A DNA stretch of 53,520 nt. Source: Dimorphilus gyrociliatus (Eukaryota; Animalia; Annelida). Both the position numbers and the translations under genes were made by a program. A model generated the notes under the pieces. It was not told where the DNA came from and did not search any database. It was given only the letters and a program-made list of their open reading frames with translations. Every line of letters begins with the position of its first letter. Positions within the stretch are counted from its first letter, which is position 1. The DNA is taken from positions 21,229-74,748 of the forward strand of contig CAJFCJ010000077.1 of the NCBI GenBank assembly GCA_904063045.1, given 5' to 3'. Below are positions 44,469 through 53,520 of this stretch, piece after piece.

Positions 44469-45486
44469 ACAAAAAATTAGCAACAGAATTACTGGACATC
44501 CCTTATCAAGACAGTTTTTTGTAAAATGTTTTTTCAAGTTGTTTCCATAAAGTATCCAAATATTTTTAATATTTTAATTCATTGTCCTAAATATAGAACA
44601 ATATACAAGATTCCCCTCTTTGTTTCCAATTTCTGATACAGGATACTAATAGCAATAATTTTGCTCTTATTTTCACAATCTATGGAATTATTGTACCACT
44701 TGAAGTATGGTTTACTGGTTTTACATATTATTTTCTATATAAATAGGTTTATGAAACAAAAGTTTGTCCTTTTGGAAAATTCTTCCAAGAAAGTTAAATT
44801 TACATTTTCCTATAAAATATAATCTGAGAAGACATGATAAATATTCTCTTATGGACATTAATATCAATACTAAGTACTTTTCTATATATAAAAAAAAAAA
44901 TGTTTACCTACTTTTCTTAGAGTTGTATTCCAAATTTCAGATTCATAGTAATAGTTATATAAAGTATTACATTCAATCTATGAACATGACTACTTCCAAT
45001 GAACAGAGTGTTAAAAAGGATATATTAGAATAAGATGTCTTAAGGGAATGTTTGTTAAGATTATAAATAGGTCATTTATGTCTTCAAGTAGTTTTAGAGA
45101 GGGATCAAGATGGTGGCAATAGCCTTTAGGGCTAAGGGAAAGAGGATTGGCAAGATACTAACTGACTTTTCCTATTGATGATTTCTAATCCAGGGTGGTA
45201 TTATTTTTTTTAGGAAAATCATATTATTAAAATTATTTTCACGTATTGCTTTCTTTTTTTTGAAATACAGATAATTAAAAAAGAGTTAACTGAAAGGAGA
45301 AATGTAATACTCCTCTTATTTCTGCCAGAATGCATACTCAAATTTCTCTGATTACTGCAATTATCATTTGTGATATTTAAGAAACGACAAACAGCATATA
45401 TATTCCAGTCTTTGACATTTGTTCTTTATGTTCTTGTACAAGTTTTAAAGAAGTAAGCTGAAAGAAGAAGAAAAAATCTGTAAACA

Positions 45487-46458
45487 ATGAATGAAACTTT
45501 TGAAATATCTTATAAAAAATCAGTGGAATTGGGAAATACATTCTTAAAAATAAAAGATAATTCAATATTTATTTTAATATCATCGATTTACGGTTTAATT
45601 ATGGCATTTGGAATATTTGGAAATATTGCAATAATCATTATATTTTCCAAAGGAAAACTCTATAAAAATACTCAATACGGCTTTTTTCTTCGTTTCATCG
45701 CCTATATCGATCTATTTTCTTGTTTAATTTCGTTTCCGCTAATTTATCATAGAGACATTCAAAATCGTTTTTTGCCTATATCCAATCCGTTTATTTGCAG
45801 TTTTATAATAGTTTTGCAGGGTGTTTTTCCCTGGACATCAGTAAGTATGCTACTATTGATTTCAATAGAAAGATTTATAGTCATTGTGAAACCATATACA
45901 AAGATCAGTAAAAAGAAATGGAGAATAGTCAATTTAATTTATGTTTTGTTCATAATTTTTATATCATGCCTTTACTCGGTTGAAAATGATAGTTCAACGG
46001 GAAAGTATTTATGCTACACGTCCGGATCAACGTCTATATATGGAGCTATTGTTTTAAATATAGTATCAAGTGGGATTGTTGGTATTCCAATCATTTCGAC
46101 TTGTCTCTATATAATCATGTTTTACAAACTTAGAAGACAAAAATCTTTAATTGGATTGAATTCTACAACTCAAAATGAAGAGAATAGTATAAAAACACAG
46201 CAAAATAGGAGAAGAACAATTAAACAGATGCTTATTTGTTTCTATCTAGTAATGTTTTACATAATCTTTACAATTCCAATACTTTTATCCGCTTCACGAG
46301 TGTTGAAAGCCAGAGAATCAGTATTCTATCATATTATCTATTTAAATAATGTCATCAATTTCATCATTTATTTTTCAAGATTAAAGACATTTAGATTATC
46401 TTTTAAAGCACTTTTCAGTAATTCATCACTGGCAAAGATTAATATATCTACTCAGTAA
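45487..46458 (+). CDS. Class A (rhodopsin-like) GPCR, single exon
   Basis: Seven hydrophobic segments: TM1 GIFGN, TM2 IAYIDL, TM3 C...SIERF and TM7 NNVINFIIY. Confidence 0.92.
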   Translation: MNETFEISYKKSVELGNTFLKIKDNSIFILISSIYGLIMAFGIFGNIAIIIIFSKGKLYKNTQYGFFLRFIAYIDLFSCLISFPLIYHRDIQNRFLPISNPFICSFIIVLQGVFPWTSVSMLLLISIERFIVIVKPYTKISKKKWRIVNLIYVLFIIFISCLYSVENDSSTGKYLCYTSGSTSIYGAIVLNIVSSGIVGIPIISTCLYIIMFYKLRRQKSLIGLNSTTQNEENSIKTQQNRRRTIKQMLICFYLVMFYIIFTIPILLSASRVLKARESVFYHIIYLNNVINFIIYFSRLKTFRLSFKALFSNSSLAKINISTQ

Positions 46459-47571
46459 GAAAAGTGAAGAAATTGGAAAAATATCAATGAAAAGCAAAAA
46501 TATATTGTAAATTGTTGTTTGAAAAAATAATTCAAAATGTTTGTAATGTAATTGTATAAAAATAATGTTGCAAAGGATGATTAACAATACATTTGCAGCT
46601 AAATTAATGTTTAACTTAACTTGTTTCTATCTTATTCACCTTTATATAGATACATTTGACAATGGATAAATCTCAAAAGCTCAGAGTTTTTCAATCTCAC
46701 TAGTGAATGTCATTACAGCTATTTAAAAAAAAAAAGACCAAATTACTTTGGTCAAGATGATCAAATATGATATTCCTCCCTGGAACCTAAACTTAACCCT
46801 TCAACAGGGTTAACAATTGTAAAATCTTACTCTTTGTGTATTGTATTTCCTTTCCAGAGATCAAAGATACAGATAGTGAAAAAAGAAAAAAGGTTAGAAA
46901 AGTTTGACAAAAAAAATCACGTGACAAAAAGATCTTTCAATTTGAATAAAACAATTTTCTTTTTTGTAGAAGGTTCTTTACAAAATTACCAAAACTTTGC
47001 ACATCCTTTTGCATTAATTCATCTTTTGCATTTAAAATATATTCTGATGTTAAAATGTAGAATTTTCCTCTTTTGCCTCTCTGCAAGAATAAAAAAAGAG
47101 GAGAAATTATAAATATCTCACTTGTATAATGTTGCTATTGTTGAAGGTAAAGAAATTTTTGTTTTTTTTTAACCATTAAAAATATATGCTTCAACTCAAT
47201 TAATCCATTATAGCACAAGTTTGCTTTATGAAAAGCAACAAGAATTTTGCAGAGGTCTCTTGTTAATTTTAAAATATTGGGAAATGTATAAAAAGATTGT
47301 AGGCCTTTTAAGTTTTCAAGAGAAAATAATAAATTGTTTTCATGTAGGAAGTGTTGATAAGTTTTAATGAATGTAATATCTGAAAGAGAAATGAGTATTT
47401 TAAGTGTTTAATTAATTGAAGAAACTAATGAAAGAGAAGAAGTTTTATTGCAGAAGTAAGAACATTTATTTGTGTTTAAAAGAAGCAGGCTGTTTGTCTT
47501 ATTTTGCCTAAAGAAAAAGAACAACAATTGCATTAGTCATGTTATTTTCAAATCGACATAATTAAGCTCTA

Positions 47572-50483
47572 CTACATTCTTTTCGCTTTTTCCTTCTTTT
47601 GGAATGCGTAATATGATGTTACATCCCGAAAAGTATACAATAAGGGATTAATCACAGAGTTTAATGGCAAAAAGAAAATAACCAATGTAACATATAATTC
47701 CTTTTTAATAACTAATTTAAAAAGAGTTCCATAGACTCCTGCAAAAATTGAATGAAGCTTACAAGATGAAAAGAGAGAGAGAGAGAGAGAGAGTTGTATT
47801 AAACCTAAAATTGAAATTGGAAACCAACAGCAAATATTTGTTATAACAACCAAAAATGCATTTATTTTAAATTTCTTTTGTTGACTTTCAAATGCATTTT
47901 TATTATTCATCAAATTTTTACTTGTCAATGTTTCATGCCATATTCTTATGTATAGGCCAAATATTATTAAACATAGAAGAGACATTAATATTCCAAAAAT
48001 GAAAAATGAAAATAACCATCCATCCAATTTTTCACTGGATATTTGTAGTGTAAAACAAACTGGACTACTTGAATAATAATTCTAAAGTAGACAGTTGGAA
48101 AATTTTTCTTTAATTTATTAAAACAAGTGTTTTTGCAAAGTTGCTTTATAAAATACTTGATAGATAAACAATGGAAGGGCTGATACTAATCCAGAATTTA
48201 TCAAAGCAACAACAATTAGAATTCTTGTCCTTGGTTTTGTAAATATCTTCTTGAATGGGTAAACAATCATTAAATATCTTTCGAATGTTATCAATAGTAA
48301 ACTTTGAACTGATAGCAATATTGATAAACTGCAAAACCATCCAATAAAGTGGCAATAATTGCTTTTTCTCCATCCATAATCATTCTCTATATAATTTCCC
48401 CTATAATAAATATCAACACATCCAATTATTGCGAAATAGATTGATGTACAAAAATCAGCGAATGATAGACTTAAGTGAAAGAGACTTATCTTTCCACTCT
48501 TTGAAAATAATCCCCTAAATAAAAGCGATGTAATATTTTCGATAAAACCAATTACGGAGAGAATCCAAAGGGTTGAACGTAACGATTTTGACCCCAAAAG
48601 ATCAGAGCAGGAATTGAATAATGAGCTTGTTGGATAGCATTCTTTTATATCTTTATTATATTGCAATGAAAAGCAGCAAAATGAGAAATAGTCGCTATAC
48701 AGAATTTGAAGAGACTTCAATGGTTTAATAAGGCTACTTTGGTAAAATAACGAAACGTATGTGTTTCCTAAAAGGAGAACTTTTAACGAAGATAAAGATT
48801 TAAATGAATTTTCTTCAATATCTTTAATAAATGATTGTTCTATTGTTAAATTTTGTAATTTATTCAAATTTTCAAACAATTTCTCATTGAAATAATGAAT
48901 TGTTGTTGAAGTGAAATTTATTGATAATAAATGTATTGAATATTTTAATGAGGTATGAATATTCATACTTAAATTAGCTTTATTAATATTCAAAAATTGT
49001 AGAATATTTAATGAATTTGTAAAAATTAATGATAAATTGACAAATTTACAATCAATTAAAGATAGATTTATAAGATTTGGGAATAATTTCGAAATTGGTA
49101 AATTAATATTTTTCCAGTTGTAAAATGATAATACAGTTGTTGAATAATCAATTATTTCTAATGGAAATATTTTCATATTTTCAATGACATTCAATATTTC
49201 AATTGTTTTAAAATTTAATGATAAAATTTGAGTAAATAGAATTTCAAAATTCTTTATAGTGAAATCATTAAATTTACATTGAACTGAATGGAATTCTTGA
49301 CAATTGCAAAAATTTGGACATGTTAAATTACTATTGCAATATAATTCATCATTTCCCTTCTGACAATCAACAATTCCATTGCAAATTTCATCAACAGAGA
49401 TGAATGTTCTCTCTCTTCTACATTTTAAATAGCCTTTTGGCCTGAATTCGTCTATTTGAAGTGATAGTATGAATTTTTCAAAAAAGACTTTTTGTCTTCA
49501 TTTTTCATTTACCGCAGTTGATTTCATCATCGTGATGAGTACAATGTACTATTCCATCGCAAACCTGTTTTATAGATATACAATATCTACTTTCAAAGCA
49601 CAAATATTGGCCAATTGGACAATTAGTTTTTGAACAATTCTCCAATGCTGAGAATGGATAATGAACTTTTGTTAAAAGTTTTCCCATTGAATTATAAACA
49701 ACTTGACATTTATAAATATTTGTATTATTTAGAATTGAACAAGTTTTTCTATGAAATCTCTTAAGACTTTGACATTCATTTTCATTTTCATCATTTTCAT
49801 CGAAACAATTCACTTGTAGATCGCATTGTTTCATTTTTAATTCACATTTACCATCACATTTAAACTGTTGATATTTCTCGCAATCTTTATGAATTTACAT
49901 AGATACAACTCTAATTCATTCAGTAAACAAGTAAACTAAACAAACAACCTAACCTACCTACCTATTTTTGAACTTTCAAAGCTACATTTCTCATCACTGC
50001 TATCAAAACAATTTTTCTCACCATTGCAAAAGTATTCCTTATCAATACATTGATGATTGTCACATCTATTAGTTTAATTGAAAACAATATAAAAGTGATT
50101 TCAATGATTAAATGATTAGAGCTAAATAGATTTATTTCTCCACTACCTATTTTCCATTTTACAAAGTGTAAATTCTAGAATCATTATGCAACTTTGAACA
50201 GAGGGATTAGTAGTAACAATGATTGTTTCTTACCACAGAACAACTCGTCAAGTTTATTTGGACAATCGTAAACGTAATCGCAAACGAATTGACTATTTAT
50301 TGTTGTATTTGAATCGCAATAGAATACGGTATTCAAAGAACAAAATTGTTCATCCTCCCCAGAATAGCAGTCTTTATATCCATCGCATTTATTTATTGAA
50401 TGTATGCATAAATTATCTTTGATACATTGGAAGAAATTTCTTGGACATTTTAATGGATTGGTATTCTCCAAAGCTTTTGACAA
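47572..50483 (-). CDS. LDLa repeats, LRR and 7TM GPCR (GRL101/LGR type C-like), multi-exon
   Basis: Several LDLa modules (CDGYKDCYSGEDE, CDYVYDCPNKLDE, CNGEKNCFDSSDE, CDGIVHCTHHDDE, CNGIVDCQKGNDE). LRRs LNKLQNLTIE..FKSLSSLKVLLL; hinge FCC..C..C.DLL. TM2 LSFADF, TM3 ITFERY, TM7 LPLNSVINPLLYT. In-frame 66-bp intron at 47739-47804. Confidence 0.9.
47772..47793. repeat. (AG)n microsatellite inside an intron
   Basis: About 11 AG units. Confidence 0.95.
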
Positions 50484-50544
50484 TGAAATATTAAAAATAT
50501 CTAATTTTCAAAATAGAAAAGCTTGATATTATTGAAAGATTAAT

Positions 50545-50590
50545 TATTGTTGTTGTTATTATTATTGTTGTTGTTGTTGTTGTTGTTATT
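50545..50590. repeat. Compound (TTG)/(TTA) microsatellite, intronic
   Basis: ttattgttgttgttattattattgttgttgttgttgttgttgttatt. Confidence 0.95.
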
Positions 50591-50654
50591 AACTGAGTTA
50601 CTAAGTTTTAGGAATACCCTAAAATATCTTCCCAAAAAAACAAAAACCCTTTGT

Positions 50655-53471
50655 CTATTTATCAACAATAATAACTTTAGTTTTTTTTTTTTTTTTTCTA
50701 CATGGAACTTTGCAAAAATTTGTTGTTATGATTCTCTTTTCACAATGGAATGAAAGTACTTTGTATTTAATTCCTGGATGATGGCCATGAGTTTCCAAAT
50801 AATAACATTTTAAATTAGATTTCATGTGGAAAAATTCTTGAAATGGCTTATTTGAAAATAGCTTTAAACACCTTGAAATATACCTGAAAAAATCATTTAT
50901 TGAAAAATTCTTCTCTTCATTTAACATACCTCTCTCTCTTATTTTACTGTGAATTGAATTTAAATGAAAAACCATAAAATTTTTCAGGTTTTCCATCATC
51001 GTAGACGAGTTGATCTTCTCCTTTAAAGTTCTTTAAAATTTTGAATTCTGAATGAAATAATTATTGAAAACAGGGTTATAAAGGTTACAGCAATGAATTT
51101 TATACTTCCGGGTAAGTAATGCTTATTTTCAAATACTTTTATCTTTGTTCCTTCTACGATTTGTGAAAAAAAATGAAAATCTCCGTGTGAAAGATACGAC
51201 AATGTATAGTTTCTTTCATGGCAATATTCAACTGCTCTATTGATTGAAATTGGACTTTTGTACTCAAATAAACTGTAACAACCGCCATGAAAATGAAAAG
51301 CTTGTGGATTTGTACATAGAATTTCTGAAAGAATTTCAAAAACATTTAAATGTAAACTTGTTTATAGTAATTTTAGCTGTTAAGGCCTAGCCAACTAGGC
51401 TAAAACTTTATCTTTTCTTATGTTTTAATTTATTGAATTAGCTATTACCATGATTATTGTTACACTCCAGAAAGTTACCTTGAAAGACACCAAATACAAC
51501 AGCTCTATTTAGGATGAAACTTATTAATGAAAAGATAAAAGAACAAATACAAAAAAAGAACAAATGTTGGCAGGAAAATGTGTATATGATTCTGGAATTG
51601 TAGATTAGTATCATTAGTCCTACTCAATATTATTCTATATTTAGGTAATGATATATTTAACATTCTTCTGCTAACATATATATCTCTCTGTTTGCTTGTA
51701 ATATAAACTAAACTGTGTTGAATGTTTTTCAAATGAAATGTTGCACTGGGTTATATTATTTGCATTTGGACAATTTATTACAAATGCAAAGACTTTATCT
51801 ACTTGTAGGTAAGTGTTGCCTTGACCCTTTAATTTACCATTTTTAAAGCCAAATGATTTGCAGATTGAATACATTTCATATGTTTTAAGACTTTTCAATT
51901 TTGGATAGTACCAGGCATAATTATAATACATAATCAACATTCCTTTATAACTAGTATACTTATGTTTACTTGTTGAAGACAAATAATTAGTTGGATCATT
52001 AAATAACACAAATGTATAATCTATATATTAATATTTTTGTCCTTTAAAAAGTTCTGATTTTCTGTTTAAATATCTTTCCAAACCTTTTATATTATTATCT
52101 CTTACGTCACAGTAGGCGGCGAGGGTAAAACCTCTTGTATATTTATCTTTTAGCCTACAACCGCTAAATCTATCACTATCATTCCAATCGCAATTGTATA
52201 AGAGAGGAATGTTATAAATTTGAAAGTGATAACTCAGTTGCGGGCATTTGTCGACGAAGCGAGAAGTTTTGAAATATGATCTTAAAGTGTGTGATAGTGG
52301 AAGGGAAACTTTTCTACCAATATTACATAAAACTTTACCAACATTGAGTTGTACAGGTCCACCTTCAAAAATAATTGGTGTGTAGCCAAATGTTTTTGAT
52401 AAAAACATGTATGATAATAAGTGTTTGAGTTTTTTCTTAAAAATGAACAATTTGTGAAATTCTGTCATAGGTTCTATGGAAATATCTGTCAGATGAAAGC
52501 AAATTGTTTGTTTGTTTGTTTGTTTGTTTGTTTTTCAAATATTTTGGCTTACCCTTCAAATCACTTTTAGTACAATTTATTGATTTCAAATAGGTCAAGT
52601 CACTACCAGTTTTCCTTAAGTTTAATTTCATCATTTTGTTAGCAAAATCAACTACAAATTCTCTTTCTTCATATTTTAAAAGAGTTGTTATGTTCTTTTT
52701 ATAAAATTGGGCCATTTCACAAACATTAGTACTACTATTTTCCAATTGTACTAATTTGAATGTTTTACTCTTGTACCTAGTGAAAAGCTGGTAGAGATGT
52801 GTCTCAGGTGACAGAAGGGCGTAGATATCTATTAATTAAGGGGGTTTTTTTGTTTCTTTTAGTTATTTTGCAATCAATCAATCAATCATAAAATTCAGTT
52901 TTATCTTACACGGAAAATTACGTTTAAAACATTTCAAACAAAACGAAGCTATAAAAGTCTCCACTTGATTCAACTCTTTTCTACAATGGATGACAAACAT
53001 AGAAATATTTACTCATTCAAATATTATTTTCCTACAAAATGTGATGATCATTTTCAAACACAACTATTAGTGATAAACTATCTAATATAGATAATTTATG
53101 TAGGTCAATTACTTTTTTTTTCAATTGGAACACAAAATATTTTAAATACCATTTTGTGGATTGCAAGCTTCAGCTAGAAAATGTATATTATCATAACCTA
53201 AAAGTTGGCAAAGTTCCATATAAAATTCTCTTTTCACAAGAGAACCAAAAGCAACATTTCTTCTTTGTCCAGTTGAATTTACTCTAACAAACACTTTCCC
53301 ATAACTTGATATATTGTCTTCAACAATTGGTTCTAGAAAATACGTAACATTTGTTTGATCTAAATTATATGATAGTATATTTCCCTGGAAACTGCATGCC
53401 AATGAATAAATAAAAGATATCAAAGAGGGAAATAAAACAATTCTATACAAAAGTCTCACAGTTCCTGCCAT
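50655..53471 (-). CDS. Upstream exons with signal peptide and Cys-containing SRCR-like modules, probably the N-terminus of the LDLa-LRR-GPCR
   Basis: MAGTVRLLYRIVLFPSLISFIYSLAC (signal peptide). ELCQLLGY, SICKSFGFK and INCPNANNITQC patterns. Splice connectivity not resolved. Confidence 0.5.
52505..52531. repeat. (TTTG)n microsatellite
   Basis: tgtttgtttgtttgtttgtttgtttgtttt. Confidence 0.93.
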
Positions 53472-53520
53472 ATTCCTGAATGAAAAAACTGCTACTGTCT
53501 TTATATCTATGTTTTATATA

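Noticed and set aside
46330-46375. TM7 NFIIY instead of NPxxY in the GPCR
   Set aside because: A common variant in invertebrate orphan class A receptors.
50547-50753. Poly-Leu ORF resembling a signal peptide
   Set aside because: Translation of an intronic (TTG/TTA) microsatellite on the antisense strand.

Overview
AT-rich invertebrate genomic DNA with short GT-AG introns (about 48-230 bp). No rRNA, tRNA or CRISPR features were recognised. The compact introns and gene families suggest a spiralian such as the annelid Dimorphilus, but this is a guess. The window is an innate-immunity-rich, transposon-scarred cluster. The main candidate novel system is at 3-4567 (+). An RNI-type LRR array of the same family as the NACHT-LRR genes in this window runs in frame into a ZU5/UPA (FIIND)-like region with NLRP1/CARD8-like His...F-S-Y|S spacing. 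Phase-compatible exons then link it to a caspase with an intact His/Cys dyad, predicting a one-polypeptide sensor-autoprotease-caspase. Other genes: a tail-to-tail NACHT-LRR pair (one intact P-loop, one degenerate and truncated), a chitin-binding/TSP1/triple-C1q gene with one nonsense codon, an EGF-PAN-F-type-lectin-like gene, an intronless membrane protein with four RING-like fingers, a heavily disabled furin-like Cys-rich gene, a class A GPCR and an LDLa-LRR-GPCR (GRL101/LGR-like). Mobile DNA: Gypsy gag/protease/RT/env-like fragments, Tc1-like remnants, PHD-FLYWCH (Mutator-like) remnants and a TTAGGG-containing MITE family. All domain calls and exon structures are by-eye motif recognition; no database searches were run.
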